64,000 bases of DNA from Candidatus Flemingiibacterium sp. (GCA_045578725.1 JAZNKS010000052.1:8640-72639); one strand, 5' to 3'; positions 27,350-36,183 are shown, counted from the stretch's first letter. The notes: generated by a model not told the origin, from the sequence alone. Made by a program: numbers and translations.

Positions 27350-27916
27350 ATGAAACCAAGAGAGCTGATCACCTTTCTGTCGGTGATCGAAAAACTGAAA
27401 TGCAATACCCGCCATTCCTGGACATCCTCCGGGCGCAGGGAAAGCGTGGCCGAGCATTCGTGGCGGCTGGCCGTGATGGCTATGCTTTGCGCCGATGAGT
27501 ATCCGGAGCTGGACATCAACCGTGTGATCCGGATGTGTCTTGTACATGATTTCGGCGAGGCGATCACCGGCGATATTCCATCCTTCTATAAAAACGGCGC
27601 CGATGAGGAAAAAGAGAGCCGGGCGATTGAGGAGCTGCTTTTGATGCTTCCCGATCCGTATACCGGCGAGCTTCGAGCGCTGTTTGATGAAATGGAGGCA
27701 CTTGCGACACCGGAGTCGAAGCTTTTCAAGGCGCTTGATAACATGGAGGCGGTTCTGTCCCATAATGAGGCGAATCTGTCCACCTGGCTTCCGCTGGAAT
27801 TCACCGAAAATCTGGTGTATGGGGAGAAAAATGCGGCCTGGTCGGAGTGGACACGTCTTCTGCGGGAGCAGATGCGTGCCGATTCGGAGGAAAAAATCCG
27901 CCGGGAAGGGAAATAA
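27350..27916 (+). CDS. HD-domain phosphohydrolase (YfbR-type 5'-nucleotidase-like)
   Basis: 188 aa. ...ESVAEHSWRLAVMAML... and ...LVHDFGEAITGDIP... give the H...HD...D pattern. Confidence 0.85.
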   Translation: MKPRELITFLSVIEKLKCNTRHSWTSSGRRESVAEHSWRLAVMAMLCADEYPELDINRVIRMCLVHDFGEAITGDIPSFYKNGADEEKESRAIEELLLMLPDPYTGELRALFDEMEALATPESKLFKALDNMEAVLSHNEANLSTWLPLEFTENLVYGEKNAAWSEWTRLLREQMRADSEEKIRREGK

Positions 27917-27966
27917 CAGCAAAAAATCCGCCGTCCGGTAGGACAGCGGATTTTTTTGTGTCGGGA

Positions 27967-29913
27967 TTATTCAACAACCTCGATGATATCGTGGAGGTCG
28001 ACGCGGCCAACCTCTACATAGGCGCGGCCGTCGCGGTATTCAAAGGGAAGCTCACGGTTGTCAGGACGGAGGATCAGCGCCTTCGGAGCCTTGTCAAGCG
28101 CGATGGAGAGCTTGATGTCAACGATCGGAGGGATGAAGTCCTCGGTACCGGTGGAAATGCTTCCGTGATTGCCGTTGGCATTGACCAGCTGGATGAAGAG
28201 CTTGCCGTCCTTCTTCAGATTGACGATTTCCAGCATACCGAGCGCGGATTCAATCTTGGTGGCAGGCGTATAGAGCTTGTCGCAGATGGTACGGATCAGA
28301 TCGCGGTGCGTGCACTGAACGCAGTCATAGTACTGACCGCCGAGATCGGCCGCCAGCGCGGTGACGGTACCTTTACCGAAGGGAATGATGACAGCGGCAG
28401 ATTCGTTTGCTGCACGGGGGGCGCCACCCATCTTGGCCACAACCTCGCCCTGTGCGGTGACATTGTGGGCATCGCGGAGCATACCGAATGCCTCGCCGTC
28501 AACGGTGTACCACATCCATGCCTCCTCGCGCTTTTCACTGTCAAGCGTGAGCGGAACGCCGGCTTTGGCGAATACATCGCAGACCTTGCGGCCGGCCAGC
28601 AGCAGATTGCCGCCGTTCTTTGCGTAGTCAAGAAGCTCGGCGATCATTTCCGGCTCCAGGCCCTCGAACAGTTCGGGGATGGCGATCAGCTTGTAATCGC
28701 TGCAATGGCCCTTCAGCGTATGCTCGCAGGCGATTTCGGTGGAATGACCGGTGTCGCAGAGAACGCAGGTCAGACCGGCGGCGCGGTTCATGCCGCAGCG
28801 GCTGAACAGGTTGCCGGATTCACGGTAGCGGTCGAAGGTGGAGAGCAGAACAACGGCCTCGTGCTCGGGATTGCCGTGTACGCAGTAATCCTGACGGGCG
28901 CGGACATAGTCGGCGACCGGCTTCATGCGGCGGATCTGATCAATACGGGGCGAGCCGTCGGGATACTGGGTGATGTAGTTCTGGAAGCCGCCGCCGACAG
29001 CCAGTACGGTTGCCGCTTCCTGCATGATCTGAATCGGATGCTTGGGAAGACCGCCGGGCTTGCCGTTCTGCATGGCGCGGAAGTTCCAGGCCATGAGATC
29101 CCATGTGCGGCCCTGCTGTGCGAGCGAACGGCCGGCATAGCGGGCGATATTGAAGGCATTCCAGGGCGAGAAGTCGCCGGACAGAAAGTCAACGCCGGCA
29201 CAGACTTCCTCGGGCATATGGTCCGAAAAGGCCCAGTTGGATGCGATCTGGAAGTTCGGGTACTTGGCATGAACCGTATCGGTGTAATGGCGGACATAGC
29301 GGCGGAAGAGCTCGCGGTTGAAGTCGCGGTATTCCACATAGTAAGGATCCTCACGCTTGACGGGAAGCTGACCGTTCAGCGAAATGCCGGTTTCCTTTTC
29401 GAAAGCCGCGATGGTGTCGGGATGATAGTCAAGGCAGGTGCCCCAGCATTCGCCATCGATCCAGATGCCGTCCACACCGTACTTGCCGGCCAGCTCCATC
29501 ATCTGCGGAATGAGCAGATTGTCGGCATAGCCGCCCATCGTGCGGGTTACGCTCTCGGAACGGGTACCGTCCGCATTGACAACGGCATCCTCCGGATGTT
29601 CCTTGCAGTAGCGGTTGTCGATGACACCGGAATAGTGCATATAGAGGGCAACGCCTTCCTCACGGGTAACGCGGCGCCACATGGCAAGCGGGTCGCCGAT
29701 GATTTCGGGCATGGCGTTTTCGCACGCGGTGGGATAGGAAGCCCAGCCGGGATGACCCTTGCAGTCGATCTGCAGAAAGTCGGGCCGGATGAGCTGGCAG
29801 ATTTCGCGGATCTCTTCCTCCTTCAGTGTCGCACCGACTGCCGGACGGCCCGGGTAGGGGCTGGCATGAAAGTCGAAGTGAAGGCCGAATACACTCTCGG
29901 AACGTTTTTTCAT
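27967..29913 (-). CDS. TIM-barrel glycoside-hydrolase-like protein (GH29/GH42-related; family uncertain) with a C-terminal GATase1-like/trimerisation-like domain
   Basis: I prefer the ATG at 29913, which follows GGAGGA (MKKRSESVFGLHFDFHASP...). ...AGKYGVDGIWIDGECWG... is typical of fucosidase-like barrels. The listed N-terminal extension is unnecessary. Confidence 0.55.
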   Translation of the reverse strand: MKKRSESVFGLHFDFHASPYPGRPAVGATLKEEEIREICQLIRPDFLQIDCKGHPGWASYPTACENAMPEIIGDPLAMWRRVTREEGVALYMHYSGVIDNRYCKEHPEDAVVNADGTRSESVTRTMGGYADNLLIPQMMELAGKYGVDGIWIDGECWGTCLDYHPDTIAAFEKETGISLNGQLPVKREDPYYVEYRDFNRELFRRYVRHYTDTVHAKYPNFQIASNWAFSDHMPEEVCAGVDFLSGDFSPWNAFNIARYAGRSLAQQGRTWDLMAWNFRAMQNGKPGGLPKHPIQIMQEAATVLAVGGGFQNYITQYPDGSPRIDQIRRMKPVADYVRARQDYCVHGNPEHEAVVLLSTFDRYRESGNLFSRCGMNRAAGLTCVLCDTGHSTEIACEHTLKGHCSDYKLIAIPELFEGLEPEMIAELLDYAKNGGNLLLAGRKVCDVFAKAGVPLTLDSEKREEAWMWYTVDGEAFGMLRDAHNVTAQGEVVAKMGGAPRAANESAAVIIPFGKGTVTALAADLGGQYYDCVQCTHRDLIRTICDKLYTPATKIESALGMLEIVNLKKDGKLFIQLVNANGNHGSISTGTEDFIPPIVDIKLSIALDKAPKALILRPDNRELPFEYRDGRAYVEVGRVDLHDIIEVVE

Positions 29914-29971
29914 GATGGTATCCTCCGTTGACGGAAAATTTGAGGGAGCGGCTGTTTCTGCCGCTGATTTC

Positions 29972-30000
29972 ATTATAACATGGTTGCATCCGGAAGTCAA
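29972..30000 (-). promoter_or_regulatory. Sigma-A promoter for the glycosidase-like gene
   Basis: On the minus strand: TTGACT (30000-29995), a 17-nt spacer, then TGtTATAAT (29980-29972). Confidence 0.7.
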
Positions 30001-30032
30001 GAAAAGAATTTTTTATTTTTTTCAAAAAGGTA

Positions 30033-30061
30033 TTGACAATTCCTGCAGGGCGTGGTATAAT
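30033..30061 (+). promoter_or_regulatory. Perfect-consensus sigma-A promoter with an extended -10
   Basis: TTGACA (30033-30038), a 17-nt spacer, then TGgTATAAT (30053-30061). An A/T-rich UP-like tract lies upstream (30004-30030). Confidence 0.8.
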
Positions 30062-30067
30062 ATATAA

Positions 30068-30172
30068 CACGCCACAAGAGACGGCGTACAATTTCAGACC
30101 TTTGTTTTTATAAGTGAGCATTTTTCGACGGGAGATTTATGCCCATTTATAAAAACAAAGGTCTCTTTTTTC
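30068..30172 (+). ncRNA. Candidate ~105-nt small RNA, or 5' attenuator, of unknown class
   Basis: The predicted TSS is ~7 nt after the -10 element. 5' hairpin ACGCC/GGCGT (30070-30088). Then an 18-bp perfect stem AGACCTTTGTTTTTATAA (30096-30113) / TTATAAAAACAAAGGTCT (30147-30164), followed by CTTTTTT (30165-30171). The ends are predicted, not measured. Confidence 0.45.
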
Positions 30173-30406
30173 CGTTCCTTGACAATTTCATACCGCAAAT
30201 CCTGCCCGGCAGGCAGAACGACACGCACAGCAGCCTCATATTTTTCAAATACATGATTTTGAATGCTGTTTGGCACCGCCGCACGCGGTGCGGACATTCC
30301 GATGTCCATTTTTCGCAAATCCCTACAACTGAATACCTTATGTCAAAACGTGTCGTGACCCGCCGGGCGGGCAAAAAAACAACTATAAATTAAGGAGGAA
30401 AATCTT

Positions 30407-31867
30407 ATGCTGAATCAACTGATGCATGAGCAGAACCGCACGCGGACCGAAAACGGCGCCCTTGCCTGGCATTCCACGGGCGGATGCTGCCTTGATTTCT
30501 TTGCGGCTGCCGGCGCTGTCCGCGGTGCGGAGGATGAGCGGGTGCTGAATCTGTTTCTCCGTGCCTATGCGGAGAATCCCGACGATGCGATGAAGATCCT
30601 GTTTTATGCCCGGGATGTACGGGGCGGGCTTGGCGAGCGGCGGATTTTCCGCCTGATTCTGAGCCGGATGGCCTTTACGCATCCCGAAAGTGCGGCAAGA
30701 AATCTGGCTCACATTCCCGAGTACGGGCGGTGGGACGATATGCTGGCCGTGCTGGATACCCCCTGCGAAGCGGAGGCGGCCCGACTGATCGGCCGTCAGC
30801 TGGAGCGGGACAGACAGGCGATGGCTGCAGGAAAATCCGTATCCCTTTTAGCCAAGTGGCTGCCCTCGCTGAACACTTCGTCCTCGGCTACACGGGAGCA
30901 GGCCGGAAAGCTCCGCCGATTACTCGGCATGAACGAGCGGGAATACCGGCGGTGCCTGTCCTCGCTCCGAGCGGCATCAAAAGTGCTGGAGTGCGATCTC
31001 TCGCGCGGCGATTATGGCTTTACCTACGAAAAGCTGCCCTCCAAGGCGCTTCTTCAGTACCGGCGCGCCTTTCTTCGTCATGATAAGAAGCGCTATCGGA
31101 AGTATCTGGAGGATGTGCTCGCCGGCCGGGCTAAGGGAAAGGCCGCGGCGCTTTATCCCTATGAGTTGGTGCAGAGATGCATCGATGAGCGGGTACAGAC
31201 CGATGACGAAATCCATGCGCTGGATGCCGCATGGCGATCCCTGCCCGACTTCACCGACGGGCGGAATGCGCTGGCGGTGGTGGACGGCTCCGGCTCCATG
31301 TACTGGGGCGAAGGATCGCCGCGTCCGATTGATGTAGCGCTCTCGCTTGGACTCTATTTCGCCGAGCGGAACCGGGGGCACTTCCGCAATCATTTCATCA
31401 CCTTCTCCGAGTCGCCCCGGCTGGTGAAGGTGCAGGGCCGCAATCTGCGCGATCGGGTGCAGTACTGCATGAGCTACAACGAGGTTGCCAACACCGATCT
31501 CTACAATGTGTTCATGCTGATTCTGGTCACCGCAATCAAAAATCACCTGCCGCAGGAGGAGCTGCCCGAGCTGCTGTATATCCTGTCGGATATGGAATTC
31601 GACCGCGGTGTCACTCCGGATAAAACGGTTTATCAGGATGCAAAGGAAAAATTTGAGGAATACGGCTACCGTCTGCCGACGGTGGTATATTGGAATATCG
31701 CCAGCCGGAACGAGCAGTATCCGGTTATGGCAGACGAGAACGGAACGGCGCTGGTTTCCGGCGCCAGCCCGTCGGTCTTTTCCCTGATGATGGAACAGAA
31801 TATCACGCCGGATGCGCTGATGCGGCAGGTACTGGACAGCGACCGGTACCGCGCGATCTGCGCCTGA
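30407..31867 (+). CDS. DUF2828-like protein: helical N-terminal domain plus C-terminal vWA domain with intact MIDAS
   Basis: 486 aa. TAAGGAGG RBS lies 8 nt upstream. N-terminus MLNQLMHEQNRTRTENGALAWHSTGGCCLDFF...ILFYARDVRGGLGERR fits the DUF2828 pattern from memory. MIDAS residues: VVDGSGSM, ANTD, LSDMEFD. Confidence 0.75.
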   Translation: MLNQLMHEQNRTRTENGALAWHSTGGCCLDFFAAAGAVRGAEDERVLNLFLRAYAENPDDAMKILFYARDVRGGLGERRIFRLILSRMAFTHPESAARNLAHIPEYGRWDDMLAVLDTPCEAEAARLIGRQLERDRQAMAAGKSVSLLAKWLPSLNTSSSATREQAGKLRRLLGMNEREYRRCLSSLRAASKVLECDLSRGDYGFTYEKLPSKALLQYRRAFLRHDKKRYRKYLEDVLAGRAKGKAAALYPYELVQRCIDERVQTDDEIHALDAAWRSLPDFTDGRNALAVVDGSGSMYWGEGSPRPIDVALSLGLYFAERNRGHFRNHFITFSESPRLVKVQGRNLRDRVQYCMSYNEVANTDLYNVFMLILVTAIKNHLPQEELPELLYILSDMEFDRGVTPDKTVYQDAKEKFEEYGYRLPTVVYWNIASRNEQYPVMADENGTALVSGASPSVFSLMMEQNITPDALMRQVLDSDRYRAICA

Positions 31868-31884
31868 AGGAAAGGAGAATTGGC

Positions 31885-32586
31885 TTGACTTATGTAATGT
31901 CTGACCTCCACGGTCAGTATGAAAAATACGCGGCGATGCTGAAGACGATCCGCTTTTCGGATTCGGATGAGCTGTATGTGCTCGGCGATGTGGTGGATCG
32001 CGGCCCGTCGCCGATGAAGATTCTGACGGATATGAGTATGCGGCCCAATGTGTACCCGATCATGGGCAACCATGATTCGATCGCTCTGCAGATTCTTTCC
32101 CGGCTTCAGGTGGAGATTACCGAGGAGAATTACGCCACCCAGATCAATGCCGGGCTGATGCAGGCGATGCTTGCCTGGCAAATGGAGGGCGGCAATGAAA
32201 CGATCACCGATTTCCGCCGCCTTTCGCCGGACGATCGGGACTTTATCCTCGATTATCTCTCCGATTTTGCTCCCTATGAGGAATTAAAGGTGAAGGGAGA
32301 GCGCTTTCTGTTGGTTCACGGGGGGCTTGACAGCTTCGATCCCGCCCGCCCGATCGAGGATTATGCGCTCCATGAGCTGACCGATGCACGTGCCGATTAC
32401 ACCCGCCGCTATTTTGAGGATCGCTGGTTGGTGACCGGGCACACGCCGACCGCCTATATCGGCAGGGAATGGGCGGGGCGGATCTACCGTGGGAACGGGC
32501 ATATTGCCGTTGACAGCGGGGCCTGCTTCGGAAAGCCGCTCGGATGTATCCGTCTGGAGGATTTCCGGGAGTTTTATGCGGAATAA
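31885..32586 (+). CDS. PPP-family metallophosphoesterase (Ser/Thr-phosphatase / ApaH-like)
   Basis: Motifs MSDLHGQ, GDVVDRGP, GNHD, HGG and GHTP. I favour TTG 31885, which is 6 nt after AAAGGAGA. ATG 31897 is the alternative start. Confidence 0.85.
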   Translation: MTYVMSDLHGQYEKYAAMLKTIRFSDSDELYVLGDVVDRGPSPMKILTDMSMRPNVYPIMGNHDSIALQILSRLQVEITEENYATQINAGLMQAMLAWQMEGGNETITDFRRLSPDDRDFILDYLSDFAPYEELKVKGERFLLVHGGLDSFDPARPIEDYALHELTDARADYTRRYFEDRWLVTGHTPTAYIGREWAGRIYRGNGHIAVDSGACFGKPLGCIRLEDFREFYAE

Positions 32587-32591
32587 ACGAA

Positions 32592-32632
32592 CCGGGCTGT
32601 GTACGCGGAATGTACACAGCCCGGATTTTTTT
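32592..32632. terminator. Strong bidirectional terminator
   Basis: CCGGGCTGTGTAC (32592-32604) pairs with GTACACAGCCCGG (32612-32624), followed by ATTTTTTT. It lies between the phosphatase (+) and the GH38 gene (-). Confidence 0.85.
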
Positions 32633-32643
32633 ATGGATGGGAA

Positions 32644-35124
32644 TCAGCCGAGAAGACCTTCGATCAGGTCGGTTTCGGTGGCCTTGCCGCCGCTGATGCG
32701 GATGGATTTGATTTCGTATGCGCCGAAGCTGCCGCTCCATGCGGTGCCCTCACAGACGAGGGAAGCCGATGCGGCCTTTTCGGTCGGGTTGAACAGACGG
32801 ATGATGACACCGTTTTTGTCCTCAGCCTGCTTGTAAGCGGTGATCTGAACCACATCGCTGTCCATGCGCAGGGGGGAGATCGGAAGCGTTCCGACGCCGG
32901 TGGGGTAGAAGGAGTAGATCATCGGCTGGACGTTGAATTCCTGTGCCGTGCGGCCTGCCTTGTCAAGGATTGCCTCGCGTGCGCCGAACTCAAAGCCGTA
33001 GCTGAAGTCGCGCTCACCCTGCTCGATGTAGGGCATGGAGCGATCCTGCGGCATGGTTTCGCGGCCGCTGATCGGATGGGCGGTGTAGGAGGGCGAACGG
33101 AGGAGGGTCAGATGCAGCAGACCGGCCTCGCCTTCGAAGGATGAGCCGTAGGTGCCGGCATTGACGGCGAGGATGGCATTGGTATCGGAACAGAGGGCGA
33201 GATACTTCTGGGAAACATTCTCGCGGCCGTCATCAAAGAGTTCTTCGCGGCCGTATGCCTCCTCACCGATGCAGACGGATTTGCCGAAGGTGGAGGGAAC
33301 CAGCATCTTGACCATCTTCTGCTTCTCGTTCCATACGATGCGGACATCACAGCGCATGGTGCCGTCATTGGAGAGCACATACTTCACGATGGCGCGGGAG
33401 GTGCGGTAACCGAAGATCGCTTCCACGATGGTGCGGACAGCGCCGCTCTCGATGACACGGACGGCTTCCAGCGTGTCGGGCGTGTGGCAGAAATCGGCGG
33501 CATCCGCGCGGCTCAGCAGCTCAAAGCGGCCGATAATATTCCGCCATGCGGTGTCCTCCATGAACCACGGGTCATAGTTATCCTCATAAACCTCGAGGGC
33601 GAAGGCGCCTTCCTTGACATAGGATACGCCGCCCTTGGTGATGACATCGACAAGACCGGTGGACTTGCTGATTTCAATGTGCGTGCCGTTGGCATCGAAG
33701 AGGAAATGGGTATCGTTTTCGGCCATTTCCGGCTTCGGCTTGGCGGGAATGATATCGAAGGCGCAGTCGAAGCGGTTGAGCTTCATCGGCTCCAGCTTGG
33801 CGCGGAAGACCACGCGCTTGCGCCAGTCAAGCGGAAGCGTAGAGGCCTCCTTCTCGCACTGGGAGGGAATGATCTCGCCCTTTTCATTGTACAGACGGGG
33901 CTGGGAGAATTCGATGTTCCAGTTCTGGTCCCACAGCATGAACTCGGAGACCCAATCGCCCTCGATTTCGTACGGATAGGGATTGTAGGCGAAGACCGGA
34001 ATCTTATCGGGATCGGCCTTGGGCTGACCGGCGGCCAGCGCAAAGAAGGCACGTGCTTTGACGCGGGAGAGGATCTCCTGCGCGTGGTCGAGCATACGGA
34101 TGCCCATTTCCTCGGCGGCCTGAATGGACGAGCCGGGGAGAATATCGTGGAACTGTACGGTGAGAATATCGTACATGGCGGCGGCCAGCTCCTCGGTCGG
34201 ATACTGGATCAGGCCGGCGGCGGAGGCATGGCTGCACATGGATTCGGTGAGGAAGTAGATGTTCTCGGTCTGGCGGTACTTCTGCTTGATGCGGACCTGG
34301 CTGGTATAGCATCCGGGCGACCAGGGATTCAGGCTCTTGTCGATGACAGGCAGAGAGTGCTTGGCTTTGACCTCGGCGACATGGTCGTCGGGATTGGAAT
34401 GGATGAGCTCAACGCCCTGATCCTTGAGTTCAGCCGTCATGGCTGTGATGTCCTCAAGGTCCTGCTTGGACGGTCCGCCGCCGTGGTTGCCGATGCCCCA
34501 CAGGCAGAGGAAGAAATCGTCCTCCTTGCAGAGATCGATATATTCACGAATCTTGGCGCCGGCCTTGCCCTTTCCGGACTGATAGCCGCCGTGAAGACGG
34601 ACAGCGGTAACCTCGCTTCCGTCATAGCCCTTCCAGGTGAATTCGTTGGAGGGGAATTTGAAGAACTGATCTCCTCCGGGCCGCATGAAGAGATAGCCGT
34701 CATAGCCGCTCTTCTTCATGATCTGGACGAGGCCGCGGGTGTGACCGAAGGGGTCAACATTGACAGCGGTGGTCGGAGCAACGCCGAATTTTTCCATGAA
34801 ATAGCGGCGGCCCTCTAAAATCTGACGGACAAAGCCTTCGCCGCTGGGCATATTGCAGTCCGGCTGGAGATGCCAGCCGCCCATGATCTTCCACTTACCG
34901 CGCTTGACAAGATCCTGAATGTGAGCAAACAGGGACGGGTCGTATTCTTCGATCCAGCGGTAAAGAAGGGCTTCGTTGTGGCAGAAAACGAACTGCTCAT
35001 ACTCCTCGCAGAAATCGGCGGCGATGCGGAAGGTCGAGAGGGCCTCGGCGGCGCCTTCTTCCCATTCCCACTGCCACACCGGGTCGAGGTGAGCGTTACA
35101 GACAAGATGAATGCGTTTGGACAT
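32644..35124 (-). CDS. GH38 alpha-mannosidase
   Basis: I prefer the ATG at 35124, which follows GAAGGAGA. MSKRIHLVCNAHLDPVWQWEWEEG..., GGWHLQPDCNMPSGE and NVDPFGHTRG are GH38 N-domain signatures. About 826 aa. Confidence 0.9.
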   Translation of the reverse strand: MSKRIHLVCNAHLDPVWQWEWEEGAAEALSTFRIAADFCEEYEQFVFCHNEALLYRWIEEYDPSLFAHIQDLVKRGKWKIMGGWHLQPDCNMPSGEGFVRQILEGRRYFMEKFGVAPTTAVNVDPFGHTRGLVQIMKKSGYDGYLFMRPGGDQFFKFPSNEFTWKGYDGSEVTAVRLHGGYQSGKGKAGAKIREYIDLCKEDDFFLCLWGIGNHGGGPSKQDLEDITAMTAELKDQGVELIHSNPDDHVAEVKAKHSLPVIDKSLNPWSPGCYTSQVRIKQKYRQTENIYFLTESMCSHASAAGLIQYPTEELAAAMYDILTVQFHDILPGSSIQAAEEMGIRMLDHAQEILSRVKARAFFALAAGQPKADPDKIPVFAYNPYPYEIEGDWVSEFMLWDQNWNIEFSQPRLYNEKGEIIPSQCEKEASTLPLDWRKRVVFRAKLEPMKLNRFDCAFDIIPAKPKPEMAENDTHFLFDANGTHIEISKSTGLVDVITKGGVSYVKEGAFALEVYEDNYDPWFMEDTAWRNIIGRFELLSRADAADFCHTPDTLEAVRVIESGAVRTIVEAIFGYRTSRAIVKYVLSNDGTMRCDVRIVWNEKQKMVKMLVPSTFGKSVCIGEEAYGREELFDDGRENVSQKYLALCSDTNAILAVNAGTYGSSFEGEAGLLHLTLLRSPSYTAHPISGRETMPQDRSMPYIEQGERDFSYGFEFGAREAILDKAGRTAQEFNVQPMIYSFYPTGVGTLPISPLRMDSDVVQITAYKQAEDKNGVIIRLFNPTEKAASASLVCEGTAWSGSFGAYEIKSIRISGGKATETDLIEGLLG

Positions 35125-35250
35125 AATGCATTTCTCCTTCAGAATAATAATATCGCTGTTCACATTGTACCATATCACAGCGCAAAAGTCAACACAAAGG
35201 CGATGAATTTCGGATATTTTCCGTGGATGGCCGATTGACGGACGGTTGAT

Positions 35251-36018
35251 TCAAAGATCGGAGTTTTTCCGGCGGAGCTCGCCCGGTGTCTGGCCAAGTG
35301 TTTTGATCATCTGACGGCGAAGACCGCTCGCTGATGCGTAACCCACAAGCGATGCGACGGTTTCAACGGAATAATCGGTGGTGGTAAGCAGACGGGCGGC
35401 TGTCCGGCACCGGAACTGATTCTTGTATTCGATGGGAGTCAAGCCCGTCTGGCGGCGGAATTGCTGATAAAAGGCGGATTCGCTCATGCGGCAGAGACGG
35501 GCTAATTCCGGGACGCTGATCTCACCGTCCGCTGTGCTGCAGATTATCTGCAGGGCCGGGCTGACGGAATGCTGGGTACGCAGAGAACGAAGCGGCACCA
35601 GATGGGGCGAGATCCGGTCAAACAGCTCATAAAAGGCGGCAAGAGAGCGCAGAGGGGTATCCGGACTGCCGCAGATGTACTGAAATCCGGACTTCCAGGC
35701 ACCGTCCGGATCGGACAGCTTCTGCAGCGCGAAGCCTCCGTCTGCGGCATCGGCGAAGCGAAAGCCAATGGAATAGAATTCGCAGACAGGATCGGGGAAC
35801 CATTCCGAGGAATACGGCTGATTCTTCGGCAGGAAGAAGAGCTCACCGGGGGACACAGTGATATCTTCCGCGGCGGTGATGAACCGGACCCGGCCGCGAA
35901 GCATGAAGCACAGATAATTCTTGATCGCGCCGACCGGGAAACGGTGTTTCCGGTATTCCGTCCGCGATTCCCGCAGGACGGCGAAATGGGACAGATAATA
36001 CGGTTCGAAATCCGGCAT
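35251..36018 (-). CDS. AraC-family transcriptional regulator
   Basis: I prefer the ATG at 36018, which follows GAAGGAGGA. 255 aa with a cupin-like N-terminus and a C-terminal AraC HTH (...ISVPELARLCRMSESAFYQQFRRQTGLTPIEYKNQFR...). The listed 576-aa ORF adds a basic, low-complexity antisense extension. Confidence 0.85.
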   Translation of the reverse strand: MPDFEPYYLSHFAVLRESRTEYRKHRFPVGAIKNYLCFMLRGRVRFITAAEDITVSPGELFFLPKNQPYSSEWFPDPVCEFYSIGFRFADAADGGFALQKLSDPDGAWKSGFQYICGSPDTPLRSLAAFYELFDRISPHLVPLRSLRTQHSVSPALQIICSTADGEISVPELARLCRMSESAFYQQFRRQTGLTPIEYKNQFRCRTAARLLTTTDYSVETVASLVGYASASGLRRQMIKTLGQTPGELRRKNSDL

Positions 36019-36183
36019 GGTGTCCTCCTTCTGCTGTTTTAAGGCTGATTTCAGTATATCATATCGGCTCCGGTTTGTCAAGCGCGGTATGCGGTCTTCT
36101 TTGAGGCTGAATTGGCAAAATGCCTTGCAATTTTCTGCTGTTTGTGATACAATAAATCCGAGCAAACGAAAGGCGGTGCCGCT

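Noticed and set aside
30092-30101. The 10-mer TTTCAGACCT is shared between the big hairpin at 30092-30101 and the leader hairpin at 44451-44460.
   Set aside because: Identical 10-mers are expected many times by chance in 64 kb on two strands, and the flanking sequence does not align.
30358-30380. The GC hairpin CCCGC/GCGGG followed by A7, considered as a minus-strand terminator.
   Set aside because: On the minus strand the U-run would precede the hairpin, not follow it, and no minus-strand gene ends here. It more likely belongs to the plus-strand leader structure.
30094-30393. Three overlapping 74-84-codon ORFs in the leader of the vWA gene (30094..30318 -, 30139..30393 +, 30147..30374 -).
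   Set aside because: They overlap one another on both strands and read straight through an 18-bp perfect hairpin. Their RBSs are weak or absent and their sequences are unconvincing (for example WHRRTRCGHSDVHF). I did not call them as genes. The plus-strand one is kept only as a possible regulatory uORF in the findings.
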